Positions 42,483 through 56,940 of a stretch of DNA of 64,000 nt are shown piece by piece. The stretch is taken from NCBI RefSeq assembly GCF_009914755.1, contig NC_060932.1; one strand, written 5' to 3'. This DNA comes from the human T2T-CHM13v2.0 reference genome, Homo sapiens. Position 1 is the stretch's first letter, and the number at the start of each line of letters is the position of its first letter. The notes below the pieces were generated by a model. The model did no database searches, had not been told where the DNA came from, and saw only the letters and a list, made by a program, of their open reading frames with translations. The position numbers and the translations under genes were made by a program.

Positions 42483-43315
42483 TTTTTTTTTAATTTTACT
42501 TTAAGTTTTGGGGTACATGTGCAGACCGTGCAGGTTTGTTACACAGGTATACATGTGCCATGGTGGTTTGCTGCACCTATCAACCTGTCATCTAGGTTTT
42601 AAGCCCCACATGCATTAGGTATTTGTCCTAATGCTCTCCCTCCCCTTGCCCCCGACTCTCCAACAAGCCCAGTGTGTGATGTCCCCCTCCACACCGTGTC
42701 CATATGTTCTCATTGTTCAACTCCCACTTATAAGTGAGAACATGCGGTGTTTGGTTTTCTGTTCCTGTGTTAGTTTGCTGAGAATGATGGTTTCCGGCTC
42801 CATCCATGTCCCTGCAAAGGACACCAACTCGTTTTTTTATGGCTGCATAGTATTCCGTGGTGTATATGTGCCACATTTTCTTTATCCAATCTATCATTGG
42901 TGGACATTTGGGTTGGTTCCAAGTCTTTGCTATTGTGAACAATGGTACAATAAACATACATGTGCATGTGTCTTTATAGTAGAATGATTTATAATCCTTT
43001 GCGTATATACCCAGTAATGGGATTGCTGGGTCAAATGGTATTTCTGGTTCTAGATCCTTGAGGAATCATCACATAGTCTTCCACAATGGTTGAACTAATT
43101 TACACTCCCACCAACAGTGTAAAAGTGTTCCTATTTCTCCACATCCTCACCAGCATCTGTTTCCTGACTTTTTAATAATCTCCATTCTAACTGGCATGAG
43201 ATGGTATCTCATTGTGTTTTTGACTTGCATTTCTCTAATGATCAGTGGTGATGAGCTTTTCTCATATGTTTATTGGCCGCATAAATATCTTCTTTTGCGA
43301 AGTGCCTGTTCATAT
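42483..43315 (-). mobile_element. 5'-truncated L1PA (about PA7/PA8) 3' end
   Basis: ttttactttaagttttggggtacatgtgcag...acccagtaatgggattgctgggtcaaatgg. ORF 42628-42957 resembles the L1 ORF2 C-terminus (FTIAKTWNQPKCP...WIKKMWHIYT). Confidence 0.93.
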
Positions 43316-45295
43316 AGTCTCATGTTGCTTGATGATTTTTTAATTGTAACATTCATATCTTTGAATGCTTATTAGTATTTTATAATTGAAAACTCCTGTA
43401 TCTGAAGTGACTGGGTATATACATCTATTATTTGTGTTTTCTACTGATTTCACACATGATGGCTTATTTTCCTGTCCATATGGTGAATTTTCGTAATAGT
43501 GAGCTCATGTAAGATTTATCTGCATCTATCAATATCTTGGAGGTAAAATTTGGAGTACTTTTCTACAGACAAATTTGTGTTTAATTATGCCAGAAGTCAG
43601 AGGAAGAACTAATGTAAAAATCCTAGCCACCTTTAAGATCTAAGCTTAAAGCAAAACTCAGATTCGTCCCCTTCTCTCTATGAGTAACTCCAGGCTTAGT
43701 CTTCAGATCAAATGCAACATCGACATTGGCATTTGCCCTCAGTGTAACCTCACATTCCAAGCTTACCCTTCACTTCTCCCTACTCTGTGTTTAGTGCACT
43801 CTTGATGAAAGGGAGAACAAAGGCTCCAAAAATTTTTCTTACTTTGTAGAAGTCTGGCAATGCATTACAAAATATGTTTTATCTAGTATAGTTGTTTTGT
43901 AGGGAAGTAATCCTCCTACTCGTGCCAAAAACCTAAGTTATAACACTGAAAATTTTGATAAGAAAAGTAGCAGTTAATAGAGAGCAGGTACACAGTTGAA
44001 TTAAATGATAAATAATAAAAGAAATGCAGTGAGAAAACCATTCATGGGTGGAATATAATAACCCAGTTATAGTCTGAGTTAGGGGTATTATAGGTAAATA
44101 CTAAACATTAAGTGAATGTACTAAGTCCCTGTTGCTGACTAGATCATGTTTGCAGTTCCACCAAGTTTAACTTAGCTCTTAAAGAAAGCACCCATGCAAC
44201 AGAATCGACACTGAGGTTTTTCACTCAGAGCTCTAGATAAACTCTTCTGCTTCTCAGCTATAGTCATTTTATAGCTAAATGATTTCACATATTATACAGT
44301 TCATGGCTTATGCTAATTTTTACTACACCATTAAGTCTTCTATATAAAGCACTCAAAAGCCTAGAATATTTCACAGAAATAACACAGAATTATGGCAGAA
44401 GTTTCCCAACATGAATAATCTGAGTAAACAAATTAAATTATAAAGATACTACGTGATAAGGTAAACTTGTCCTCTTATTTTATCTTAAAAGGGGAGCATT
44501 TTTAGAAAATGCTTTGATAGCAGATCAAGTTCTAAACATCCACGTGACTATGTTCTTTCACATCTCTGGGGCCACTATTACTGTTCAGCTTTCAGTCGAG
44601 TTTCTTTATCTTTTCTACTAAGCTGTGACTTCTGAAATTGTAAGGCTCCAAATTTCAAATATCTCTATAAGAACTCAGAAACAGATTAGAGATAAACTAC
44701 TCAGCACCTTAAAGGATCCCTGGTCAGCCAAACTATATCAGGATTTAAACATAAGTGCAAGAATATTTTAATGCCCTATGGACAAGTGCTATTTCAATTT
44801 TTAGCTAATAAAATGCTGAGAAGTTGACTTAAGGTCAAAATGAACAGACAACTGTCATTTGGCATGGAAGCCTAGGTCCTCAGAAGGGTTCCAAGACCAT
44901 ATAATAGTGAAGCATTAAAATGTAACTCACCTGGAAATCTCAGCTTATTCATAACTACTGTGAAGTCAAAAACTCACAGGGATCTCATTTACATAAAGAT
45001 ACTCATTGAACTCCCATTAGGCATCCTGCCACTGTGTTAAATCGTGCAGATACAGTGGTGAACAAGAAAAGAATAGTTCTCTTTTCTCTAGAGCTTACTT
45101 TCATCACTGAATATTAACTAAATTCTGACATTATTCAGTAATAGTTTTATTCATATTTTATTTCTTGGGGGATTATTTTGTTTACCTAAAGCATGTGAAA
45201 ACCCTGTTTTCCCAGACATTCTCAAGCAATGCCTCAGCTGCATCAATAGAAAAACCACTTGTCCAACTGAGCTGGTATCTAGATGTATCAGAATG

Positions 45296-45361
45296 AGTGC
45301 GTGTGCGTGTGTGTGTGTGTGCGCACATACGTGGGTGTGCAGGTCCAAGATGTGTGTGTGT
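45296..45361. repeat. (TG)n/(TGCG) imperfect repeat
   Basis: gtgcgtgtgcgtgtgtgtgtgtgtgcgcac. Confidence 0.8.
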
Positions 45362-46019
45362 TCTGGCTGGTTTCCTCATGATTAAAGAAAATCATGAAGA
45401 TTTCTCAAAAAAAAAGTTGTCCTTGTCCTTTTCAAAAAAAGAATGGACTATCTGATTTTTACATCACTCAACACATGTACATGCACAATGTGCACATACA
45501 CACATATCCACGCTAGTAAAGCTCAGAAAGCAGCTGATGTCTGCGAGCCTCAGAAATAAATTAACATGCAGCTAACATCAGAGGAGCCAGAAACACTCAT
45601 TGCAAGTGTGAACACATATTTGATGCAGGACTGTGTCTTTCCCAGGGCTGACCTTATAAATTAAACAGTGTAAATCTCAAGTAAGTGTTTTCTGAACATT
45701 TTGATTCACTGTGAACATTGGGATGCCCTTCAAATTAACATCTAACATTATGAGCCTATTGTTGGACATGAACTGCTTCATTACTGGTGACTGAAAAAAC
45801 ATACACACACTTGCACTAACACAAAACTTTTAAAAGGAGTGGAAGAAACTGTTTAATATCATGGGATGTAGAAATTGAATAGATTTTTAGACTAGCATAT
45901 TGGTATAGTAAGTAAAGCTTTCTACTTTGATGCTGAAAGGCATAATAATGAGAAAGTACCCAATGAGCACTAAATAATACCTAAACGCAGGGTACCACCA
46001 ATGCTTTGCTGAACTAATT

Positions 46020-46290
46020 CCTATTTATAACCAAGTCTCAGTTTAAATGCTCCTTCCCGAGGAAGTAATTTCCTAATCTACCATATTAGGTTATGTTATC
46101 ATTATATTCAAACACACTGCCTTGTACTTCATCTTTTATGACACTTATTACTCTTGTAATCATCTAAGTGTCTCATCTTCCCTACTAAACTGTAAGTTCC
46201 ATGAGGGCACTGACTATGTCTTCTCTTGTATATTCAATGCCTGGTACAATAGGATTTTTGAAATCAATTAATTAAAGAATGAATGCATAC
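46020..46290 (+). mobile_element. L2 3' fragment
   Basis: tctcagtttaaatgctccttcc...tactaaactgtaagttccatgagggca...gaatgaatg. Confidence 0.75.
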
Positions 46291-47029
46291 ATGAAATAAA
46301 GATACATATCCTATGCTTATCTCTAGATATTATAAAAGATTAACTGGGAAAGTTAATGTTTATAAAGAGAATAGAGTGAAAGCAGAAGGAAAACACAAAC
46401 ATCCCACATCCATTTAAGAATCTGGAATAACTCAAGCAGTTTTACCTGCTTGGAGGAGCAAGTCTACATCCAAAATCACACATAGTACAAAAATTCTCAC
46501 CTTTAGATTACTGTTTGTATGCTAAACAAGGATGTTGCAGAATTGTTCAAAGCCAGAAGAATATATAATCTCATTTTAAAATAAAAATGAGCAACAGGTT
46601 CTCAAAATTTTTTTGCAGAATAGAGAATAGGATATATTTACAATAGCATCTTTCATTTAGCTCTGTCAAAAAAATATAGGATGTGGAGTCATATTTAGTA
46701 AGGATAAATAAATGGACTACGGTAAATTAGTAAACTCATCAGCATTATTAGAATCACTGTGAATTTAAAAAGACAATCAGTAAATGGTATAACACAAGTA
46801 TGAAACATGAGCATACAGTCCAAAAGAAGGAACCAAATTAAAATCTACAGTGATCACAGCTGTAACTATATCACCTGCAAATCTGTGATGAACTTTTATG
46901 TGGTCTTCTCCTATAACTTCCCCAAGTCATTGGAATCACTCTCAACAATTCCCGGTTCAGCCCTCTTTCTATGGATTTTTTCTATTATTTTATTTGTATA
47001 TTCCTCCCGACCCCACCCCCCATGCCTCA

Positions 47030-48205
<1,176 letters not shown>

Positions 48206-51200
48206 TCAATGGGCCCTCTGCAGGGGAGGGGGAGGGTACTGCCAAGTATTCCACATCAAAAAATACAATAGTACTCCTGCTTATTATGAAATCACTTGAA
48301 TAATCAGAGCCAAATAAATTCACTCTTCATTTCTCAACAGCTACTCTTTGAGAGGCTCATTATGTTATACACTGTAGGCCAAAGTAACAGGTGAAGGTAA
48401 GTAATAAATGCACTATAATTTGAAAGACTTAATAATACATTTTTTAAACTAAGAAAACAATTTTCAACACAGTACATTTTACTATTGCCTCCTTCAAATC
48501 ACATTCCTACAGAAGCATCCAAATCACATGGGATTTCTTTTCAAAAGGTGAAGCGTTACTGTCAAAACTAGAGGCACTTGCTCAAAAATTACTCAATGCA
48601 GATGTTCTCCAAGGAAATATTCTGTTCAGTTCCTACAGCAATGAGGCTGCAGGCAAAGATGAGGTCTCTGTTTTAGGTAAAATAAAGGTGCTCCAATGAC
48701 CACCCAAAATGGCTTATAATTAAAGCACAGTGAAACAAACAAAAAGATGAATTGAGTATGCAGGAAATACTAGCAAAGAAGAACCGTGTAAATAAAGAAT
48801 TTTGAATGTTTCCCCATCTAGAACAAACAAAAAAAAAGAAAAATCTTCCATGCCTTATTTGATTAAGGTTCTGTTTCATTGCAAAGGGCTCCCAACTTCT
48901 CACATGAGTAGGTCATGATGTCTGAATGGTAAAATAAAATAATTCCACCATAAAAAATCACTACAACTCTGCTTTCTTTCCCAAATTATGAAATTACATG
49001 GAATCAGGACTATGAAAGCCTTCAAAGGGCACTTTGCATAAAATCCTTCCTCCATTCTCAGTGTGCACCTCAATAGGCAGTACAATTAAGCCACCACTGA
49101 GCAGCCAAAATTCAGAGTTTAAAATAGAGTTTTTGAATGAAATACTCCAAAAAGGGAAAACAATTTCTCTTCCAACCACCAGGGAATTTTTAAATTTTCC
49201 CAGCAACCAGATGTAATATATTAAGCAAGTGGCATAATCATCTTCTGCCTTCTTCAACAGCTGTTCAAAAATGACACGTGTGATCGCTGTTCATATCCAA
49301 ATCACTGCATGAGAAAAGTCTCAGGCATCTCAAAATCACGTAAAGGCTCTATTTGAAATGCAAATAATATTGCTGTAGTACACTGAGAGATATGTTTGTA
49401 CCTCTATTGTACAGGACTAAGATTGAAGTATTCTTTTTGCTATTAAAAAGAGATGTGACCTTGATCAAATTACTTAATCTCTCTGGCCAATAGCTTCTTC
49501 AACTGGGGCAACCTCCAAATTTATGTCCAGTATTATAGTTCTAAGAAATGTGCATTAATATATAAACAACTCAACATTTACTGTACATTAAGATAGGATC
49601 TTACAGAAGTTTTCCACAGCCTTTAATCAAAGGATGTAATATTTCACATTAGGCAATGTCTATAACCAGAACCCCAATCACATAGATTTCAGTCTGTCAA
49701 TGACAGAGCATCAACCAGCCAGAAAGCTAAGAATGGGGCACCCTTCCAGGCAGCAACCTGACAATCATTCAATGGTGTGAGAGGTTTCAAAGCCATACAC
49801 TCAAGGATACAGCACAGAACACTCTAATCTAGCATTTAAGTGACTAAAGCAACTAAAACTTGCACTGAAATATAATTCATAATACTGAAATATAATTCAT
49901 AATATTGTAAAAATCTCTACATATATTTCCCAATTCACTGGAGGTAAAGAGAAGGTTCATTTGCCAAAAAAAAAAAAAAAAAAAAATACATATATATATT
50001 TAAATGGATAGCCATCAATCAGGTTCTTTGTTCCGGAACTTAAACTTGATTCAAAAGGGATAAATTCAGATGTATCCCCTTCTTTAACACAGGCAAAGAA
50101 AGAAAGTATGCAAAATCTAGAGATAAAAATTTTCTTGTTTAAGCTTTCACATTGCATCTGCCTTGCCAAGCTTCCCTATTATAAAATGCTTTGAACTTCT
50201 GCTTGTTGACCCAAGATTCCCAAGAAACCACCAGGCATCATCACTATTTCTTTGATTTTGCAATCTTTAAGCCTCATGTGCCATGACCACACTGAAAGGG
50301 TTGAACAAAGAGCATACATATACTTAAGAAATCCCTAAACATATGATTCTGAAGTGGATTTAAATTATTACTAAGCATCCCAACATACTAAAAAGGTTGT
50401 TGTTATTTAAAAACAACCTAAGAAGTCAGAAAACCCAGGCTACGAATCAATACTATCAGGAGAAGGGACTACGAAAGAAGGCAACTTTGTGAAAAATTAT
50501 CAGTAAAGCATTTTGGTTTAGGATTAACTAAGCTATAAAAAACGAGTTAGGTCTTTGAAGTTGGTGTACGTGTCTAGATGTGTTTTTTTTTTTTTGTTAA
50601 ACCCAGGGAAAATGTGCCAACTTCATTATTTAAGAAGCTTTTAAGGGCTATATATTTTAATTATGCTGAAGAATGAATACCTTCATACTATTGACTGCTC
50701 TTTCAAAAGCCAAGCTAAAAAATGAAAACTCACGGATCTCATTTAATGGCAAGAACAATAATGACACTTCTATAGGTCACATATTTGCGTTTTTGGTTAA
50801 TATCGGTAAATAATATTAGTATTATATATTATTAAAAGCTAATATAATATTAGAATCACATATTTTAAAACGCAGTTTTGGAAAACATAATGACAGTGTT
50901 CTATTCCTTTTTTATTTCAAAAAGAACACCTAAAAGCTCTATTTGTGGCAATTTTTATACTTTCTATACTGGTAGATGTACACTCAAGTCATAGCGAAAT
51001 ATAGATGACATACAACATTTAAATGCCATTCTACAATAAAACATAATTTATTATTTTAGGAGACACTACTGGTGTCTATTGACCATACTCATTTTATTTG
51101 CATGCCCCATTTATGCTATTTTAAATCTATTCTTTTCTAGGGTAAAAACAAATACACAGTGAGAACAATTATGCAAAATAAGTGTTTTCAGCAATGGTTT

Positions 51201-51822
51201 ATTGAAACTTATTGTCTGGAAACAGTGCCTACACGTTCATAGAATATTGCAAACTTTTCAAATGGCTGAATCCATCACGGAGTAGGAAAATTTACTGCTT
51301 CTTAGCTGTGACTATACTAAAAAGAGAGTGCAAGCAGAATAGAGAGCAGAGCTTTCAAACTTCCTTCTTTTACTAACCAGAACTTTAATTATAACCCTTT
51401 AAACCCAGCAGTTCCTTTGGTAAAGACATCCAAATTTTTACAATTATATTAAACTGTAATTTCTGTTTGGGCCAAAAACTACACGTATTTATCCCTCTAA
51501 TTAGTAGTAACTAAGTGTTCGGCTTGTGTCAGACTCTGCAATAGATATTAGGCATATAATATTGAAGAGGTAGACAACATCTCTGCCTTCAAGATACTTA
51601 CATTGTAAGATTTAAAAATTGTAGATAAAACCCTTTATTTATTTGTATTTACATCTGCCTGTATTTATTTGCTTCTAGAGGAAGTTCTCTAGCTCAAGTT
51701 CTATGAAAAGATACATTATTTAACCTCTTGGAACCTTAGTCTCCTGGCCTCTATGGATACAATACTGTACAACTTGTCATTTTATAGGATTATCGTGAGG
51801 ATCAAGTGAGAACTATGGATTT

Positions 51823-52353
51823 GTGCTGTCCAATAGTACTTCCTGAGATGATAAAAATGTTCCATAGCCTTCCTTGGCCAATATGGTAGCCACTAGCCAC
51901 AAGTAGGCTTAGTAAAAATGAAGAACTGTTTTTTAAATTTACTTTCATATATTTTTCTCAGCATTTCACTAATTTATTTGTAATTAACTGAAATGTATTT
52001 ATTTTAAAAATTTCTTTTTTAGAGGCAGGGTCTCAGTCTGTCACCCAGGCTGGAGTGCAATGTCACGATCTCCGCTCACTGTCACCTCTGCCTCCTGGGC
52101 TCAAGTGAATCTTCCCACCTTAGCCTCCAGAGTAGCTGAGACAACAGACACATGCCACCACACCCAGCTAATTTTTGTATTTTTTGTGGAAACAGGGTTT
52201 TGCCATGTTGCCCAGACTGGTCTTGAACTCCTGGGCTCAAGCTAGCCACTTGCCTTGGCCTCACAAAATGCTGGGATTACGGCATGCACCACCATGCCCA
52301 GCCTAAAATTTAAATAGCCACATTTTGTTAGGGAATACCATATTAGATAGCAC
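51823..52353. mobile_element. MER3-like hAT element interrupted by AluJ
   Basis: gtgctgtccaatagtacttcctgagatgataaaaatgttc...tggtagccactagccac, then the Alu, then aaatttaaatagccaca...accatattagatagcac. Confidence 0.75.
52011..52303 (-). mobile_element. AluJ
   Basis: Antisense dimer with J diagnostics (ctcctgggctcaag). Confidence 0.93.
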
Positions 52354-53952
52354 ACTCAACAGTAACATGTGCATAGGTAGGATTATTATTTAATAAAATG
52401 AATCATTCAAGTAAATTTTTCCTGCAAATGGGATAAAGAGATTACATAGAAGGGAAGTGGTAAATTCATTCAGTGACAAACTCACACACTTGTCACTATC
52501 AATATTCTTAGCTGTAAATGCAAAGGTTCAATCTGCTGTTACTAAGATAATACTTCTGTTTATATTCCTTCTTGAGCTACAAGAATAGTCTTATTCACAT
52601 CTAGAAGAAAGCAGGAGTTCAATGCATTTTGACTGAATGAATGAACGAAGGGAGATGTAAGCAGATGAAAATGTCTCACCAAGGCCCCTGAGTTACCTGA
52701 GATTCGCTGGCCACAGTACTTCATGGCACCCTCACCACTGACTTGACCTGGCATACATGGCCTTCTTCAAGAAACTACAAAATGCATCTTTTGTCCACAA
52801 GCAAATGACTGACTATGGAGTCCTTTGATTGTGAATTAAAGTTATATAAAAACACCTAAAACAATTAAGGCACAAAAAAGAGTATTTTAAAGTCTTTTTC
52901 ACTGACTAAGGACTAGCATGGCTTTTTATACTTGATTTTAGCCCTAGTTTTAAAAACTATTCCTTCCATGAAGTGTTTTCCATGGCTTTCATTTATAATT
53001 TATTTACATATGTCTTTTTACACACACACAAAAATGTTTTACCGTAGAAGTGAAGAATATAAAAGGGTTGGTTTCTTTCAAGGTCATTAATCTCAGTTTC
53101 TTTCTTTCCTCCCAATAATATGGAGCAAAAGCTAACAAGAATAATATCTAAAATAATATGTCAAAGGAAAATATTTCTTAAAGCCTCAGAGCTCTTAAAA
53201 TGACACTTCAACACATGTACTTATTTTCAACGCAGCAAAGAAAGAGTTGTTTGAACTAAACACAAACCTCTTCTCAGTTGTGGTTCATTTTCAAGTACTA
53301 TAATTGATAGCAACAGAGACAATTATAAGGGTACTAATTTAAGAGAACTTGAGGTTATGGGCTGATAGTCAAAGAGGTAAAAGCTTAAAAATAAAAAGCT
53401 AAGTTGTTAAAAAAAAATCACTGTTCAAATACTGATATTTCGAATAACTTGAAAAAAGTCTGTAAGGGCCGATCTTAGCGGAAAATAACTACAGCCAGAA
53501 TTAATCTGCTTATATACATCGGGAATTTTTCTGCATGTATAGTGCTTCAAAAAAACATTCTAGAATATAGAGTGTGCTTCAGTGATATACTTTTGATGGA
53601 GAATAAATGTTTCAGAATCTCAATAACAACTCAAATTATATGGCATCATCTGACTCTCATGCCATCCATAGCTTATTTCTGAGGTTTATTCCTATCAGTG
53701 ACACTGTAACAACTCCCTTATTTGGATTTATAATACAAGAGCCAACCAACGGCAGGGGAGGGTACAGGGGAAACCAAAACTCAAACTCCTACACTGGGCA
53801 CATTGAAGAAGAAAATACTGCATATTCCTCATTATGCAGATTTTTATTATTGGCTTTTTGCATAATAGCAATAAACAGTTTACCCTAAACTGGTTTTCTC
53901 ATTTTACTCAGTATAATTCTGAATTAATTTTTCTATATTATCTGGTATTTCA

Positions 53953-54321
<369 letters not shown>

Positions 54322-54549
54322 TTATAGGAAAAATAAACAAGACAAAATGCAGTTCAAGTGGGTTACAAAGCTAAGTGAATTCCCCATAGCACTCCTCTAC
54401 AGCATCCAACCTGCAGGTGCTGCTGGTTCATAATGGAGATATGTCAGAATTGCACATGTATTCTAAAGAGCATCTTAATGGGAAAAGAGAAAATCTAATC
54501 TCCGAAAATATAGAACATCCTTCCTCCAGGGAAGGTTGCTGTTTTAACA

Positions 54550-54850
54550 CATCTACTATGTGCCAAGCACTGGAAATACAAAAAGAATGACATAGTCAAA
54601 AATCGTAACATGTCTATGGTTTAGCACAAAAAGCTCACAACTAAAAAGACAACAACAATGGAAAACATGCTTCTGCTGAGACATGTAACAGGTTCCATGA
54701 CAACACAGAGGAAGAGCCCCTAACCCAGACTGAGGAGTCAGCAAAGGCTCCCAGAAGTAACAACTGAGCTGTGGACAGATGAGCTGATATGTGAAGGTTA
54801 GCCTCAAAGGCAGTGATCATGAAAGGGCATTTCAGGTGAAGGAAACAAAA
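54550..54850 (-). mobile_element. L2 fragment
   Basis: catctactatgtgccaagcactggaaatacaaaaagaatgacatagtc. Confidence 0.65.
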
Positions 54851-55194
54851 CCAGTAAAATCAACAGCGAGAGTAAGACAATGCAAGCTGCTCTCAGGAAA
54901 TACTGAGGAGGGCCGAGGCATTATCAAATCGTTAAATGGAATATGGTACATAACGGTGCTTGCTATGTAATAAGTAATATAAATGTAATAAGTAATATAA
55001 ATGTGCTAGCCTTGTTCTTACTATTATCCTTTCTGGAAGAATAGTGAGATTTAATCTGGAAAGTTAATGTCTTATTGGAGAGCTGATATTTACATAAGCA
55101 AGTATAATTAGATGATATGCTTTTCAACAGAAGTAGTCCCATACTTGCTATAAAATGTAGGACAACTGATCAATAAACAGAATTTTTAAAAATT

Positions 55195-55515
55195 AAAGGA
55201 AAGAAGAAACAAAGGAAGGTGAGAGGGTGGGAGAAAAAAAGAGAAAGGAAGGAGGATGAAAAAAAGAGAAGGAGAAAGGAAGATAAAAGAAGGAGGACAG
55301 AAGAAAAGAACAGAAAAAAGAGGCAAAAGAGAGGAGGAAGAAGAAGGAATGAGGAAGGAAATAAAAACAGAAGAAGACAAGAAAGAGCACAAAAAAGAAA
55401 TCAAAGGAAAGGAGAGGAAGATGAGGAGGAGGAGGAAAGAATAGGAGGTGAGAAGAGAAGGGAAAGGAAGAGACAAGAAGGGAAGATAAAGCTAGAACAA
55501 CAGAAAAGAAATCAA
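55195..55515. repeat. GA-rich polypurine low-complexity tract
   Basis: About 320 bp, almost entirely A/G on the + strand. Confidence 0.92.
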
Positions 55516-55589
55516 TAAGGATTTACTTGAAAGAAGTGACAGTAAAAGAATAAAGAAGGGAACAATGGGACACACTGCTCAAGTGTTTG

Positions 55590-55800
55590 GGGCGTGATAT
55601 CAAACAGAAATCCAAGGTAACTCCAAGATTTCCAGCCTGACTTAGCTGAAAACAGGAGTAAAGAAGAAAGGAGGCAAAAAGAAAGTTGTTGTGGGGAACT
55701 TCACTTTTACATATGTTGACTTTGAAGTGCCAATGAATTCCAAGGTGGAGCTTCCCATCAGCTGGAAAAACAGGTCTTGGAACAAACCATCATTTATTAT
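55590..55800 (-). mobile_element. L2 fragment
   Basis: aactccaagatttccagcctga...ttttacatatgttgactttgaagtgcc...ggtggag. Confidence 0.55.
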
Positions 55801-56744
55801 AAGATTCCCAGATATGTTCCTGGACACATGAAAGGATGCAGGCATTCTTTAATCTTATATCAACAGTTCAACTAAACATGAAAGGAGAAATGCTAGGCCA
55901 GGAGACTCTGTGAATTCCCAAACTCCTCACTATGTCCCACCCGTCTATTGCTTTCTGAATTCAATGAAATCACACAGCTCCAAGCACAGCTGGAGAATCC
56001 AGCACACTCAAATTGGACACTCTAAAGGCATTCTGATTTGTTCTCTGCTTCCACACCCATTCCTGCACTGAATGTAGGCGGAGGATAAAACCTTAATTAC
56101 ACAGCCTTGGAGGACATAAATGGGAATGGAGTGTATCTCCTTAACATGTAATCTGCATGGAAAAAAAACAACCTAAATTGTGCCTGGTAACTAGAAGAGC
56201 ATAAGACAACTTTCAGACCATCATTTAAATAATAAATTCCTAAAACAAAGTCCTCTAAATGAGGGGAGTACAAAAAAAGTCAAACACCTGGATGAAATGT
56301 CCCTTAATTTGGGGATCAAACATTACATCCTTAATTGATTACATCAAAATTTGCACCTTATTCGCTCTACCAGAACTAATTCCTGCAGCAAAAGTACCAG
56401 GGAAAAGGAATCACTGTAATTTTAAAAAGATGAGTCAGCAAATTTAATTTTCTTTTTACTGATTTCGAATAGAAGCTTAGTAAGTTCAAATAAGGTAGCA
56501 TTACACTACACGGAGCAGATAGCAGATAATCTCAAAGAAATCACCCAAGTCCCCAAAATCAACCTCATTCAGAGAGACTGCATCAAAGAGCTCTGATTTA
56601 TGTCTTCTATCTCCTCCCTTACATGCAATTGGCCTACCCTCTATTGCTTTGCTATTGGCAGTAAACTCAGACTCATGTTTGGCCAGGCCATATATCAGTG
56701 TGGTTGTGAAGACAGGCTTCCGTGGCCTGTCTATCATGGTTTAC

Positions 56745-56940
56745 ATCCCATTCTCTCTACTTATGCAACTCTGTGATCTTGGGCAGGATACTTTAATATA
56801 TGCTGTTTCCTTATTTTTTTAAATGGACATAAGGTTAGTGTTTACTTCTAGGGCTATTATGAAGATGAGTTCATTAATACATGTAAAAAACTGAGCTCCA
56901 CATACACACATAAGAACCCTTAGTAAATTTTAGCTATTAT
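56745..56940 (+). mobile_element. MIR
   Basis: ctgtgatcttgggcaggatactttaa...gtttccttattttttaaatgga...aaattttagctattatt. Confidence 0.7.

Larger units (their letters stand above)
40040..43500 (-). mobile_element. Old fragmented L1M block hosting younger insertions
   Basis: T-rich antisense L1 motifs (gcaattatgaacatttttg, ttgccaaatttgccttccaaagt, tctgggactctgattagatgtatgtta). Confidence 0.55.

Noticed and set aside
55186-55518. Charged or Phe/Leu/Ser-rich ORFs
   Set aside because: Artefacts of the stop-poor polypurine tract.
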